Positions 17,166-28,622 of a stretch of DNA of 64,000 nt are shown here, in pieces. Position 1 is the first letter of the stretch; every line of letters begins with the position of its first letter. Made by a program: the position numbers and the translations under genes. Source of the stretch: Pseudomonadota bacterium (GTDB lineage Bacteria > Pseudomonadota > Gammaproteobacteria > Pseudomonadales > Oleiphilaceae); NCBI GenBank assembly GCA_002747395.1, contig PDPE01000031.1, forward strand, positions 37,812 to 101,811, in the 5' to 3' direction. The notes under the pieces are model-generated. The model made no database searches. It saw only the letters and a program-made list of their open reading frames with translations, and was not told the DNA's origin.

Positions 17166-18608
17166 ATGAGTAACAAATATGATCCCCTGAGTGCGACAAT
17201 CATTCGCAGCAGTACTTTTTTCCTGGTTGCAACCGGTACGGTCATCGGTTTTAGCAATATCTGGAAGTTTCCCAGCCTGATGCTGGAGAATGGAGGGCTG
17301 TTATTCCTTCTCGCATATATTGGTTGTCTGCTACTGCTGTCTGTTCCGCTGCTCTGCCTGGAGCTTGGTCTGGGGCGCATTGCCCGATGCAACCCCGTCA
17401 GTGCGGTAGTCCTGTTGGCGAGCAAGTCCAATGCAAGCCACAGTTGGCAGGTTTTTGCCTGGTTTGGCATGTTGGCCGGGCTAATCGTTCTTGCGTTTTA
17501 TGCTGTAATCGGAGGCATGGGGTTATCCTATGTGTTCAGCACTGCTTTCGGTTTTTTTAATGACCTGTCCCGGTCAGAGGTGAGAGGCTGGCTTGGCCAA
17601 TTGCAGCAGGACCCGGCCTCCCTCATGGCCTGGCACAGCCTGTTTATACTCATGGTTGTTACTATTGTTGCACGTGGTGTCCGGGACGGGCTTGGTCGAG
17701 CCGCACGCCTGCTGGTGCCCATACTGTTTTTCAGCCTCTATGTCTTCATGCTGAAAGACTATGTGTCAGGGAATCTCCCTGCTGCCGTTGAACTCTTGTT
17801 CAGAATCGAGCCTGAACATTTTTCCTGGAGCTCTTTTTTCGAAGCGTTGAGTCATGCCTTTTTTTCATTCGGTTTTGGCCTGGCTGTCATGTTTGTTCTT
17901 GGTTCCTACATGCCGGAAAAAATGTCCATTGGCAAGACCGCGCTTGGCATTGTCACTGCGGATACCGTGTTTGCCGTTGCCGCAGGTGTCGTGCTGATTC
18001 CGCTGGTTTCAAGCCATGATGACCTGCCACAATACGGCTTTGGCCTGGTCTTCGAGACCTTGCCCTGGGTATTTGGTCATATGAGCTTTGGCCAGTTCTG
18101 GGGAGCCGCTTTCTTTGTCGTGCTCGCACTTGCCGGGTGGAGTTCTGCAGTGGCATTGGCAGAGCCGTCCGTATCCTGGTTGATCGAGTTTTTCAGGCTG
18201 ACTCGTCGAACAGCAGTGATGCTGTTGCTGATTGTTGTATGGGGGCTTGCCACCTGTCTGGTTTATTCGTTCAGTGCCTGGCAAGACCTGCGTTTTGCCG
18301 GATTGAGCGTGTTCGGCTTGCTTGATTTCCTGTCGTCCAGGTTTCTGATTCCAACCGGCGGATTGCTCATGGTGCTGTTTGCCGGGCGCAGGTTGAACGC
18401 CGGTTTGCTGCAGCAACGGCTCGGTTTTCGTTACTCCTGGCTGTTTTCCCTGATATACGGATATCTTCGCTGGGTTGCTCCGTTTGCCCTGCTTGTCATT
18501 TTTCTTTTCGGCCTGCAAAAGCTTACTGTTTCCACCTGCATGAACAGAGTTGAACAGGATTTGCTATTCTGTTCAATGTTGGATCTTCGTGGCCTGGTGG
18601 AGTCGTAA
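17166..18608 (+). CDS. Sodium-dependent transporter, NSS/SNF family
   Basis: NSS signature GTVIGFSNIWKFPSL near the N-terminus; polytopic. The start is trimmed from 16953 to the ATG at 17166 (MSNKYDPLS). The upstream part of the track ORF is translated repeat DNA. Confidence 0.85.
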   Translation: MSNKYDPLSATIIRSSTFFLVATGTVIGFSNIWKFPSLMLENGGLLFLLAYIGCLLLLSVPLLCLELGLGRIARCNPVSAVVLLASKSNASHSWQVFAWFGMLAGLIVLAFYAVIGGMGLSYVFSTAFGFFNDLSRSEVRGWLGQLQQDPASLMAWHSLFILMVVTIVARGVRDGLGRAARLLVPILFFSLYVFMLKDYVSGNLPAAVELLFRIEPEHFSWSSFFEALSHAFFSFGFGLAVMFVLGSYMPEKMSIGKTALGIVTADTVFAVAAGVVLIPLVSSHDDLPQYGFGLVFETLPWVFGHMSFGQFWGAAFFVVLALAGWSSAVALAEPSVSWLIEFFRLTRRTAVMLLLIVVWGLATCLVYSFSAWQDLRFAGLSVFGLLDFLSSRFLIPTGGLLMVLFAGRRLNAGLLQQRLGFRYSWLFSLIYGYLRWVAPFALLVIFLFGLQKLTVSTCMNRVEQDLLFCSMLDLRGLVES

Positions 18609-18725
18609 GCCGTGTTATTATCAGCCAGTGTAATTGATACTGCTTTCATTGGGGCAGATTTCCTGATTGGTGCTGTCTTTGATTTGCGCACGACGGGTCT
18701 TTGGAGAGACGGTTTGAGCTGACAT

Positions 18726-19019
18726 ATGAAGGTAAATACCATAGGGATAGAAGTCGCTTTCGCTTTGCCCGGGAAACAATTGATTCTGCCGGTTAACGTG
18801 GAAAATGGAACAACCATGCTGGAGGCTGTTCGCTTGTCCGGTATTCTTGACGAGTTTCCCCGGATTGATCCTGAAACGGCCAAAATGGGGGTGTTTGGCA
18901 AGGTGGTCAAGTCGCCGAAAGAGTATATTGTAAGGGAAGGAGATCGGGTGGAAATCTACCGCCCCCTTAATATTGACCCCAGGCAGGCCCGCCTGAATCG
19001 CGCAAGAAAATCGGGTTGA
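18726..19019 (+). CDS. rnfH: RnfH-family ubiquitin-like protein (RatB/YfjF)
   Basis: 97 aa. Contains IEVAFALPGKQ...REGDRVEIYRPL. Lies near smpB and bamE as in enterics. Confidence 0.88.
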   Translation: MKVNTIGIEVAFALPGKQLILPVNVENGTTMLEAVRLSGILDEFPRIDPETAKMGVFGKVVKSPKEYIVREGDRVEIYRPLNIDPRQARLNRARKSG

Positions 19020-19061
19020 TTCTGCGTTTTTCCGGTCGAGCCGGGAGGCCGGTCGATGGTA

Positions 19062-19451
19062 TCAATAGGCGGGCGTGTGTTCGAGCAAATCAGCAGTATA
19101 GTGGGATAGCCTGTTGTTTTCATCATAATGTATCGCCACCGTTTGCCGGTGAATTTCCCCTCCTGCCTTCTGGAATGTGTACGCGTAGATTTCGCTCTGT
19201 GAATCAAAGGTGTCGATCAGAGAGGGAGTGCCCAGCACAAAATGTACCTGGCGCCTTGTCATTCCGGTTTTCAACTTGTCCAGATCGGCCTGCTCGACGA
19301 TGGTTCCCTGTTGCACGTTGATTTTATATACGCCCGGGAATGAGCAGGCCTGAATAAACAGGGTTGCTGTCAGCAGCAACCAGAAGAAAAGAGTATGGAC
19401 GGGGAGTGACCGGGCCAGGGGGGAGAACGGATTTTGTCTTGATGGCGTCAT
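19062..19451 (-). CDS. bamE: Outer membrane protein assembly factor BamE
   Basis: Lipobox FIQAC followed by YKINVQQGTIVEQADLDKLKTGMTRRQVHFVLGTP. Confidence 0.9.
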   Translation of the reverse strand: MTPSRQNPFSPLARSLPVHTLFFWLLLTATLFIQACSFPGVYKINVQQGTIVEQADLDKLKTGMTRRQVHFVLGTPSLIDTFDSQSEIYAYTFQKAGGEIHRQTVAIHYDENNRLSHYTADLLEHTPAY

Positions 19452-19540
19452 ATTGAACCTGTTTCTTCCTGTGTGTCTGAATGGAGTGTCGGATGATTTT
19501 TCGTGCTGCAGCCACTGCTTTGCAGCGCAAAATATGTCGG

Positions 19541-19558
19541 GAAATTATTATCGATAAC
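19541..19558 (+). promoter_or_regulatory. Possible Fur box (autoregulation)
   Basis: GAAATT ATTATC GATAAC: three GATAAT-like hexamers (4/6, 6/6 inverted, 5/6), about 110 nt upstream of the fur ATG. Confidence 0.35.
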
Positions 19559-19670
19559 TGGTATGATTTTGCACGGATTGAACCAGCAGGTAAAGAAAGT
19601 CGGGATAATACAGGATTTCTTTACTCAGTGTTACTTATTAATCAGTGTCACCAAGTTTGGATTATTTCGT

Positions 19671-20081
19671 ATGGCAGATGGAAACCTGGAACTAAAAAAA
19701 GCAGGGCTTAAAGTTACGTTACCCCGGATCAAAATCCTGTCGATTCTCGAAAACGCACAGGATCACCACCTGAGCGCCGAGGATGTGTACAAAACACTGT
19801 TGGATTCAGGAGATGATGTCGGCCTGGCCACGGTTTATCGTGTGCTGACCCAATTTGAAACAGCCGGTTTGGTGGAGCGGCACAACTTTGAAAGTGGTCA
19901 CGCTGTTTTTGAGTTGGCCGGAGAAGATCATCACGATCATATGGTCTGTACGCAAACAGGCAAGGTGGTGGAGTTTTGTGATCCTGTCATCGAGCAAAGA
20001 AAACGGGAAATAGCGAAAGAACATGGCTATGATATTGTTGACCACAGTTTGACGCTCTATGTAAAACCCTCAAAGACATAG
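19671..20081 (+). CDS. fur: Ferric uptake regulator
   Basis: The start is trimmed to MADGNLELKKAGLKVTLPRIKIL. Metal sites HHDHMVC and CxxC-type Cys pairs are present. 136 aa. Confidence 0.95.
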   Translation: MADGNLELKKAGLKVTLPRIKILSILENAQDHHLSAEDVYKTLLDSGDDVGLATVYRVLTQFETAGLVERHNFESGHAVFELAGEDHHDHMVCTQTGKVVEFCDPVIEQRKREIAKEHGYDIVDHSLTLYVKPSKT

Positions 20082-20171
20082 CTATGTAAAGCTCTCGAAG
20101 GCATAGCTGAAAAGGCGAAGGTTATAGCTAAAGGTGAAAGGCACGGTTGGCAGGGATTGCCGTTTTCCGGC

Positions 20172-21848
20172 TTACTCTTTTGCCTGACCAGCCCCGGCTC
20201 TCAGCATTTCCCTGGCGTGAGCCAGGGATTTTTCCGTTATTTCTATTCCGCCCAGCATTCTGGCTACTTCCCCGGTGCGCTCCTGCTCATTCAGGTAATC
20301 GAGCGATGATGCGGTTTCTTCACCATTGACAGACTTGCTGACTTTCAAATGGTGTTCTCCAATCGAGGCGACCTGGGGTAAATGGGTGACACAGAAAATC
20401 TGGCCCTGATCACCAAGTTGTCGAAGCAGGCGGCCAACCACTTCTGCTGTTGCTCCCCCGATGCCGACGTCTACCTCGTCAAATACAAGGGTCGGTATGG
20501 TTGCCGAGTTGGCGATGATGACCTGAATGGCAAGGCTGATACGGGACAGCTCGCCTCCTGATGCAACTTTGGCCAATGATTTCGGAGGTTGTCCGGGGTT
20601 CATGGATACGGTGAATTCGGCAGACTCCAATCCGTTTGCGGTAAATTTGCTACCGGGTTCAATGCGGGTCTGAAAGGTGACTGACGGCATGTGAAGCTCT
20701 TTCAGTTGCCGCGTGATTGCCTTGTCGAGCCTGTCTGCCTGCTTTCGCCTTGCCTTGCCCAGCTTCTCCGCATGCTCCCGGTACTGGCTGTCAAGCTCCT
20801 GCGTTAACCGGGTCAGCTTCTCGATATTCTCGTCGCTGTTTTCGTACTGTTCAATCTGTTCTCGCAGTTGTTTGTGTACGTCTGACAGTTGCTCCGGGTG
20901 AACCTTGTGCTTCCGTGACAGTTGGTAAACAGTAGAAAGTCGATTTTCTATTTCTTCCAGCCTGCCCGGGTCAATCTCCAGGCTGTCTGAAAAATGTCTG
21001 AGTGAAGCACTGGCCTCTTCGATCTGAATCTGTGCCTCGGTTAACAGTGAAACGGCTTCGTTGACCGGTTCACTGTCGGAATTCATGCCCGTCAGAACAC
21101 TCAGTGTGTGGGCCAGTTGACTGCTGATGGATTCATCATTTTCAGTGCACATCTGTACCGCTTGCCGGCTGGACTGAATCAGTTGTCCCGCATTGGCTTG
21201 CAATGCCTGTTCTTTTTCAAGCGATTCGATTTCGCCCGGCTGCAAATTCAGTTGATCAAATTCCTGTAACTGGTATTTAATGAGTTGAATTCTGGCTTCT
21301 TTTTCATCCGAGTCGCTTTGCAGTGCTGCCAGTTTTCCTGCGGCCTCTGACCAGGCTTTATAAGCCGCGCTGACCGACCTGGCCAGAGGCTCGGCGTGGG
21401 CGAATGAATCAAGCAATTTCAGATGATTTTCCTTGCGCAGTAGCGATTGGTGTTCGTGTTGGCTGTGAATATCGATCAGCATTTCGCCGACGAGGCGAAG
21501 GTGCTGCATCGGGGTTGGACGGCCATTGATGTAGCCGCGGGATCGACCTTCCCTGGTGATAACTCTGCGCAGTATGCACTCATCCCCGTCATTCAGATCA
21601 TGTTCTGTGAGCCAGGACTTTGTCTCACTCAGTCCGCTTACATCGAAAGTGGCAGAAATATCGGCTCGACTTTCACCGTATCTGACTACTCCTGCATCCG
21701 CCCGGTCGCCCAGGGCAAGTCCCAGGGCTCCCAGAATGATGGATTTGCCAGCGCCGGTTTCACCTGTAATTACCGTCATGCCTTGCTGAAATGTCAGTTC
21801 GATTTGTTTCGCGATGGCAAAGTTGGTGATAGTCAAATTGGTTAACAA
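20172..21848 (-). CDS. recN: DNA repair protein RecN
   Basis: Walker A GETGAGKSI, signature ASGGELSRISLA and Walker B LVFDEVDVGIGG. Long coiled-coil middle region. TTG start (MLTNLTITNFAI). Confidence 0.95.
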   Translation of the reverse strand: MLTNLTITNFAIAKQIELTFQQGMTVITGETGAGKSIILGALGLALGDRADAGVVRYGESRADISATFDVSGLSETKSWLTEHDLNDGDECILRRVITREGRSRGYINGRPTPMQHLRLVGEMLIDIHSQHEHQSLLRKENHLKLLDSFAHAEPLARSVSAAYKAWSEAAGKLAALQSDSDEKEARIQLIKYQLQEFDQLNLQPGEIESLEKEQALQANAGQLIQSSRQAVQMCTENDESISSQLAHTLSVLTGMNSDSEPVNEAVSLLTEAQIQIEEASASLRHFSDSLEIDPGRLEEIENRLSTVYQLSRKHKVHPEQLSDVHKQLREQIEQYENSDENIEKLTRLTQELDSQYREHAEKLGKARRKQADRLDKAITRQLKELHMPSVTFQTRIEPGSKFTANGLESAEFTVSMNPGQPPKSLAKVASGGELSRISLAIQVIIANSATIPTLVFDEVDVGIGGATAEVVGRLLRQLGDQGQIFCVTHLPQVASIGEHHLKVSKSVNGEETASSLDYLNEQERTGEVARMLGGIEITEKSLAHAREMLRAGAGQAKE

Positions 21849-22056
21849 GGCAGGCTCCAGGCTTCTCGGGCAAGAATTTTACAAGTGCGAAAAATCTTGC
21901 AGGCGTGTATTCAAAATGTCTTTTTGACAGCAGGTTTTTCGCAAAAATCATACGCTGTATACCTGATCCGGGTGTTTTTGGCAACCTGGCTGATGGGCGT
22001 TCGGGTTCATTGTGTCCCTTGCCTGGCCTTTTGGTCGGGTGCCAGACAGGCAGATA

Positions 22057-22085
22057 CTTGAAAAAAACCGGTTTGACCCCATTAT
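22057..22085 (+). promoter_or_regulatory. Sigma-32 heat-shock promoter for grpE
   Basis: CTTGAAA - 13 nt - CCCCATTAT matches the consensus CTTGAAA-N13/14-CCCCATnT. Confidence 0.7.
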
Positions 22086-22227
22086 AGTGCGTACTTTAGA
22101 GCGAACCCGCTCTTAACAGGTTTTAACAAGGTTATCTGGTTGAAGCACGCAATTTGAACCATACGGTTTGTTTGGGCCAAAAGGTGATCAACCAGACGAT
22201 GTAAACTATTCCCGGGGGAACGATTTG

Positions 22228-22839
22228 ATGAGTTCGGATGAAAATAAAACAGTGGATGAAGTGCACCAGGAGGCAGAGCAGCTACCAGAAGAATTGTCGC
22301 CTGAAGAAAAGGGAGATGAGTCTGAAGATGGTGCGCCGGAGCAGGCCTCTGAGCCTTCTGTTGATGCTGAGCTGCAAGCCGAAGTGGCGAAATACAAGGA
22401 TCAGATGATTCGATTGCGGGCTGAAATGGAGAATGTGCGTCGCCGTTCTGAACTGGATGTGGAAAAAGCACACAAGTTTGCTTTGGAAAAGTTCGTCAAA
22501 GAGCTTTTGCCTGTTGTAGACAGTCTGGAAAAAGCGATAGAGGCGGTGGCGGGTGAAGATGAAGCTCTGGCCAGTATGCGTCAGGGGATAGACCTGACCC
22601 TCACTATGTTTGTTTCTGCTTTGGGTAAATACAAGGTGGAACAGATTGACCCGATCGGGGAGCCGTTTGATCCGCAATTCCATGAGGCGATGTCTGTGGT
22701 GGATGCGCCAAATGCGGAGCCTAACTCGGTTATTGCTGTTGTTCAAAAAGGCTATTGTCTGAATGGTCGACTGGTTCGCCCTGCCATGGTCATGGTGTCG
22801 AAAGCACCTTCAGGCTCAAAGGTCGATGAGAGTGCATGA
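22228..22839 (+). CDS. grpE: Nucleotide exchange factor GrpE
   Basis: The start is trimmed to MSSDENK. Acidic N-terminus followed by RLRAEMENVRRR and ...VVQKGYCLNGRLVRPAMV. Confidence 0.93.
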   Translation: MSSDENKTVDEVHQEAEQLPEELSPEEKGDESEDGAPEQASEPSVDAELQAEVAKYKDQMIRLRAEMENVRRRSELDVEKAHKFALEKFVKELLPVVDSLEKAIEAVAGEDEALASMRQGIDLTLTMFVSALGKYKVEQIDPIGEPFDPQFHEAMSVVDAPNAEPNSVIAVVQKGYCLNGRLVRPAMVMVSKAPSGSKVDESA

Positions 22840-22852
22840 GCGCAGATCAAGG

Positions 22853-22880
22853 CTTGAATTTAAAAAAAACGGGCCAATAT
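22853..22880 (+). promoter_or_regulatory. Sigma-32-like promoter for dnaK
   Basis: CTTGAAT - 13 nt - GCCAATAT: a good -35 element but an imperfect -10. Confidence 0.4.
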
Positions 22881-23014
22881 ATGCAGGTAAGCAAAATCGG
22901 GTCACGTTCATCGAGTTGATACGCGGCAACTGAACCGAATTGGATTGAATTGAAGCAAAGTAAAACGAATTGACAGGTTTCGGGGTTGTCCCCGGCAGTT
23001 TTGGAGCAGATTAT

Positions 23015-24949
23015 ATGAGCAAGATTATTGGAATGGATCTGGGCACCACAAACTCTTGTGTTGCAATTATGGATGGTGGCAAAACCAGGGTAATCGAAAA
23101 CGCGGAAGGGGATCGTACCACTCCGTCCATTGTCGCCTTTACTGATGACAATGAAATTCTGGTAGGTCAGTCGGCCAAGCGTCAGGCGGTTACCAATCCG
23201 GCGAATACACTGTTTGCCATCAAACGATTGATTGGCAGAAAATTCAAGGATGAGGTGGTTCAGAAAGATATCAAGATGGTGCCCTACGCCATTGCCGCTG
23301 CAGATAACGGGGATGCCTGGGTAGAGGTTAAGGGCGACAAGAAGGCGCCCCCCCAGATATCTGCAGAAATTCTTAAAAAGATGAAGAAAACAGCGGAAGA
23401 CTACCTGGGTGAGCCCGTGACGGAAGCGGTAATCACTGTGCCAGCCTACTTTAACGATTCGCAGCGTCAGGCAACCAAGGACGCGGGCAGGATTGCCGGT
23501 CTGGAAGTCAAGCGGATTATCAATGAGCCTACGGCAGCGGCACTGGCCTATGGTATGGACAAGAGTACGGGTGATTCCACCATCGCTGTGTATGATCTGG
23601 GTGGTGGCACGTTTGATATCTCTATCATAGAGATCGCGGATGTAGACGGAGAAAAGCAGTTTGAGGTTCTGGCTACCAATGGAGACACCTTCCTGGGCGG
23701 CGAAGATTTCGATTTGCGTGTCATTGACTATCTGGCTGCAGAGTTCAGGAAAGAGAGTGGTATTGACCTGAAAGGTGATCCGCTTGCCATGCAGCGCCTG
23801 AAAGAAGCGGCTGAAAAAGCCAAGGTGGAGCTGTCTTCCAGTCATCAGACCGATGTCAATCTGCCTTATATTACGGCAGACCAGACTGGCCCCAAACACC
23901 TGAATGTGAAGCTGACCAGAGCCAAGCTGGAATCACTGGTTGAGGATCTGGTTGTGAACAGTCTGGAGCCATGCAAGATCGCGCTTAAAGATGCGGGTCT
24001 GAGTGCATCTGAAGTCGATGAGATTATTCTGGTCGGTGGCCAGACCCGGATGCCTTTGGTGCAGGAAAAGGTGAAAGGCTTTTTCAACAAGGAGCCACGA
24101 AAAGACGTCAATCCGGATGAAGCGGTGGCAATCGGTGCTGCGGTTCAGGCTGCGGTGTTGTCTGGTGATGTGAAAGACGTACTGTTGCTTGATGTGACCC
24201 CGCTGACTCTCGGAATCGAAACCATGGGAGGAGTTGCAACTCCTCTGATTGAGAAGAATACGACTATTCCGACCAAGAAGTCGCAGATATTCTCGACCGC
24301 CGATGATAACCAGACTGCAGTGACCATTCATGTGGTGCAGGGTGAGCGGAAGCAGGCGGCGCAGAATAAGTCTCTGGGCCGGTTTGATCTGGCAGATATT
24401 CCTCCTGCGCCAAGAGGTATGCCGCAGATTGAGGTTACGTTTGACATTGATGCCAACGGTATTTTGAATGTTGGCGCGAAGGACAAGGCGACAGGCAAGG
24501 AGCAGTCGATTGTGATCAAGGCGTCGTCCGGGTTATCGGATGAAGAAATTGAAGGCATGGTGCGTGATGCAGAAGCCAATGCCGAAGACGATCGCAGGTT
24601 TGAAGAGTTGGTTACGGCCCGAAATCAGGCTGACGGCATGATTCACGCGGTGAGAAAAACCCTGGCAGAAGCAGGCGACAAGGCAACAGATGATGAAAAG
24701 CAGAAAATAGAAGCCGCCATTTCGGATCTGGAAGAGGCCGTAAAAGGGGATAACAGGGACGATATCGAGGCGAAAACCAAAGTGTTGACTGACGCTTCTG
24801 GTGAGCTGGCTCAAAAACTCTACGCCGGGCAGGGTGGTGCCGATGCGGCAGCTGCTGCCGCAGCCGCAGCCGGTGCAGCGGAGGCGGGTTCTGGCCCGGA
24901 TGATGCGGTAGATGCCGAGTTTGAGGAAGTGAAAGACGACAACAAGTAA
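23015..24949 (+). CDS. dnaK: Chaperone DnaK (Hsp70)
   Basis: Start at [17 protein letters not shown]. Motifs [11 protein letters not shown] and VGGQTRMP. 644 aa. Confidence 0.98.
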   Translation: MSKIIGMDLGTTNSCVAIMDGGKTRVIENAEGDRTTPSIVAFTDDNEILVGQSAKRQAVTNPANTLFAIKRLIGRKFKDEVVQKDIKMVPYAIAAADNGDAWVEVKGDKKAPPQISAEILKKMKKTAEDYLGEPVTEAVITVPAYFNDSQRQATKDAGRIAGLEVKRIINEPTAAALAYGMDKSTGDSTIAVYDLGGGTFDISIIEIADVDGEKQFEVLATNGDTFLGGEDFDLRVIDYLAAEFRKESGIDLKGDPLAMQRLKEAAEKAKVELSSSHQTDVNLPYITADQTGPKHLNVKLTRAKLESLVEDLVVNSLEPCKIALKDAGLSASEVDEIILVGGQTRMPLVQEKVKGFFNKEPRKDVNPDEAVAIGAAVQAAVLSGDVKDVLLLDVTPLTLGIETMGGVATPLIEKNTTIPTKKSQIFSTADDNQTAVTIHVVQGERKQAAQNKSLGRFDLADIPPAPRGMPQIEVTFDIDANGILNVGAKDKATGKEQSIVIKASSGLSDEEIEGMVRDAEANAEDDRRFEELVTARNQADGMIHAVRKTLAEAGDKATDDEKQKIEAAISDLEEAVKGDNRDDIEAKTKVLTDASGELAQKLYAGQGGADAAAAAAAAAGAAEAGSGPDDAVDAEFEEVKDDNK

Positions 24950-24981
24950 CCTGCCCTTCGGGTTATTCAGTTAAACCGTAA

Positions 24982-25010
24982 CGTGGGGGTGCTTGCTCCC
25001 GCGTTTTTTT
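24982..25010 (+). terminator. Hairpin plus T7 run between dnaK and dnaJ (partial terminator)
   Basis: CGTGGGGGT-GCTT-GCTCCCGCG followed by TTTTTTT. Confidence 0.55.
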
Positions 25011-25032
25011 GTTTTCAGATTGTAGAACAATT

Positions 25033-26169
25033 ATGTCAAAACGAGACTACTACGAAATACTTGGTGTCGCCAGGCAGGCGAGTGCCAAAGAAATCAAATC
25101 AGCCTATCGCAAGTTGGCAATGAAATATCACCCGGACAGGAATCCGGATGATGCTGGCGCTGAAGAGAAGTTCAAGGAGGCGAGCGAAGCTTACGAGGTG
25201 CTTTCCAGTGAGGAGAAGCGTGCCGCATATGACCAATACGGCCATGCCGGTGTTGATCCAAACATGGGCGGGGGTGGCTTTGGTGGTGGCGGGTCCAGCT
25301 TTTCCGATATTTTCGGTGATGTGTTCGGAGATATTTTCAGCGGTGGAGCTGGCGGCGGTCGATCACGTGCTACCAAGGGAGCCGATTTGCGTTACAACCT
25401 TGAGCTGGACCTGGAAGATGCAGTCAGGGGAAGAACGGTAAAAATTAAAGTGCCGTCTCATGTTGACTGCAAGAATTGTGGTGGTAGTGGTGCCGAGAAG
25501 GGTACTCAACCGGAAAACTGTGGTACCTGTCATGGTGCTGGCCAGGTTCGCATGCAGCAGGGATTTTTCTCTGTTCAGCAGACTTGTCCCCATTGTCGTG
25601 GCCGTGGCAAGGTGATAAAAAATCCGTGTCGAAGCTGCCATGGCTCGGGTATCCAGGAAGAGATGAAAACCTTGTCTGTCAAGGTTCCGCCAGGGGTTGA
25701 TACCGGGGACAGGATTCGCTTGTCGGGAGAAGGGGAGTCTGGTGGTCGAGGTGGCCCCGCCGGTGATCTGTATGTGCAGGTTGTGGTCAAGGAGCACCCC
25801 ATATTTGTTCGGGACGGCAAAAACCTGTATTGCGATGTGCCGATAGCCTTCACCGATGCGGCGCTCGGAGGTGAACTTGAAGTGCCCACGCTTGATGGTC
25901 GACTCAAACTGAAGATCCCACCCGAAACCCAAACCGGCAAGCTGTTTCGTTTGCGCGGAAAGGGGGTGGTTCCGGTTCGTGGCGGAGCGCCAGGTGATCT
26001 GCTTTGCCGTGTCAACGTTGAGACGCCCGTAAACCTGACGAAAAAGCAAAAAGAAATACTCAAGGAATTTCAGGCCTCCCTTGATGGTGGAAATGCCAGC
26101 CAGCATGCGCCCAAAAAGCATTCATGGTTTGAGGGGGTTAAAAACTTTTTCGAGGATATGAAGTTCTAA
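25033..26169 (+). CDS. dnaJ: Co-chaperone DnaJ
   Basis: J domain with KYHPDRN, a G/F-rich linker and four CxxCxGxG zinc motifs ([32 protein letters not shown]). Confidence 0.97.
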   Translation: MSKRDYYEILGVARQASAKEIKSAYRKLAMKYHPDRNPDDAGAEEKFKEASEAYEVLSSEEKRAAYDQYGHAGVDPNMGGGGFGGGGSSFSDIFGDVFGDIFSGGAGGGRSRATKGADLRYNLELDLEDAVRGRTVKIKVPSHVDCKNCGGSGAEKGTQPENCGTCHGAGQVRMQQGFFSVQQTCPHCRGRGKVIKNPCRSCHGSGIQEEMKTLSVKVPPGVDTGDRIRLSGEGESGGRGGPAGDLYVQVVVKEHPIFVRDGKNLYCDVPIAFTDAALGGELEVPTLDGRLKLKIPPETQTGKLFRLRGKGVVPVRGGAPGDLLCRVNVETPVNLTKKQKEILKEFQASLDGGNASQHAPKKHSWFEGVKNFFEDMKF

Positions 26170-26262
26170 TTGTGTCCGCTCGCTCCTGCACAGATTGCTC
26201 GCGGAGGTTTGTGTCGGGCAGGCAGGCTGCAGCTTTCAGGTGAAGCGTTACTTTTAATTTAA

Positions 26263-27114
<852 letters not shown>

Positions 27115-27303
27115 AACTGATGGAGGTTCAGCTTTATTGCTGTCATGTGAGCGAGTAATCGTTGGACAAAATGTCCCTGGTTGCGTAAAATGCGCGCGTC
27201 TACCCGCTTGATTTTATGGCGGTGGGATGAGTAGATGAGTATTCTGTGCGCTGGCCTGTCGCCGTTTTGATCCGGTCTGGCTGTTAACAAGCGACAAATT
27301 TCG

Positions 27304-27343
27304 AAAAAAGCGGGATGGAGCCTGAGTTTCATCTCGCTTTTTT
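27304..27343 (+). terminator. Leader hairpin with flanking A- and T-runs upstream of carA (candidate attenuator)
   Basis: AAAAAAGCGGGATG-12 nt-CATCTCGCTTTTTT, 55 nt before the carA ATG. Confidence 0.5.
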
Positions 27344-27397
27344 GCAAGTTGAAGAAACCTCATTAATTTCCCCTGGTCCTTAGTCTGCAAAGAGGAG

Positions 27398-28540
27398 ATG
27401 GTGTTGAGAAAACCTGCAATTCTGGCACTGGAAGACGGAACCCTGTTTCACGGAATAGCAATCGGTGCGGAAGGTCATTCTGTTGGTGAAGTCGTATTTA
27501 ATACATCTATGACGGGCTATCAGGAAATTCTGACTGACCCCTCGTATGCACGTCAAATCGTAACGTTAACCTGTCCCCATATCGGAAATACCGGAATCAA
27601 TGAAGAGGACGTGGAGTCTGCAAGGCTTTGGACAGCCGGCCTGATTATTCGGGACTTACCCCTGCTGATGAGTAACTGGCGGGCGGAAAAGCCGCTGGAT
27701 CTGTACTTGCAGCAAAATGATATCGTCGGTATCTCGGAGATTGACACGCGAAAGCTGACGCGAATTTTGCGCGAAAAAGGTGCCCAAAACGGTTGCATCA
27801 TGGCCACTGATGACATTGATGAGGCAAGGGCAGTTGAGCTGGCCAGGCAGTTTCCCGGCTTGAAGGGTATGGACCTTGCGAAAGAAGTCACTGCCCCCGG
27901 AGTCAAAGTCGATAGTTGGACTCAGTCAACCTGGGATATTGTCGAAGGGTATCGAGCGGCGCCAGAAGCACAATATCATGTGGTGGCTTACGACTTTGGC
28001 GTCAAGTTTACCATCTTGAGAATGTTTGTCGAAAGGGGTTGCAAACTCACCCTGGTACCTGCGACCACACCGGCGGAAGAGGTGCTGGCCATGAATCCGG
28101 ATGGAGTCTTTTTATCCAACGGGCCGGGGGATCCGGAGCCTTGCGATTATGCCATCTCCGCCATCCGGACAATACTGTCCCGGAAAGTTCCCGTATTTGG
28201 TATCTGTCTGGGGCATCAACTGCTGGCGCTGGCCAGTGGCGCGAAAACCGTGAAAATGAAATTTGGCCATCATGGTGCCAACCATCCCGTGCAATGCCTG
28301 AATGACTCAACGGTCATGATTACCAGTCAGAATCACGGTTTTGCAGTGGATGAAGAGAGCCTGCCGGAATGTTTGCGAGCCACTCACCGGTCTTTGTTTG
28401 ACGGTTCGTTACAGGGCATAGAGAGAACGGATACCCCTGCCTTCGGTTTTCAGGGGCATCCGGAGGCCAGTCCGGGGCCTCATGATGTGGCTCCCCTGTT
28501 TGATCGGTTTATTGCTTCGATGGAAGCTGCGACCAATTAG
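27398..28540 (+). CDS. carA: Carbamoyl-phosphate synthase small (glutaminase) subunit
   Basis: Amidotransferase Cys in GICLGHQLL; also HHGANHPV and [13 protein letters not shown]. Confidence 0.97.
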   Translation: MVLRKPAILALEDGTLFHGIAIGAEGHSVGEVVFNTSMTGYQEILTDPSYARQIVTLTCPHIGNTGINEEDVESARLWTAGLIIRDLPLLMSNWRAEKPLDLYLQQNDIVGISEIDTRKLTRILREKGAQNGCIMATDDIDEARAVELARQFPGLKGMDLAKEVTAPGVKVDSWTQSTWDIVEGYRAAPEAQYHVVAYDFGVKFTILRMFVERGCKLTLVPATTPAEEVLAMNPDGVFLSNGPGDPEPCDYAISAIRTILSRKVPVFGICLGHQLLALASGAKTVKMKFGHHGANHPVQCLNDSTVMITSQNHGFAVDEESLPECLRATHRSLFDGSLQGIERTDTPAFGFQGHPEASPGPHDVAPLFDRFIASMEAATN

Positions 28541-28622
28541 TGGTAGCCCTGGTGTACGTAGCTGCCAGGTATTTATTTGTACTGGATAACATCGAAAGTT
28601 AAACGAGTGGATAAGTAAAAAT

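Noticed and set aside
21849-22056. Looked for a LexA SOS box (CTGT-N8-ACAG) upstream of recN.
   Set aside because: Only partial matches are present (CTGTATACCTGATCCG and CTGTCAAAAAGACAT on the recN strand). Neither has the ACAG half-site, so I cannot support a call.
22847-23899. 350-aa ORF antisense to dnaK, plus other long antisense ORFs: 2384-3220 opposite argJ, 14516-15271 opposite lgt, 25363-26121 opposite dnaJ, 30237-30983 opposite carB, 41964-43157 and 42842-43765 opposite infB, 56245-56952 opposite aceE, and 61955-62632 opposite menB.
   Set aside because: All lie wholly inside strongly conserved genes on the other strand. They have odd compositions (Arg/Ser/Cys/His-rich), no SD and no recognisable motifs. 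They are classic shadow ORFs produced by the codon bias of the real gene.
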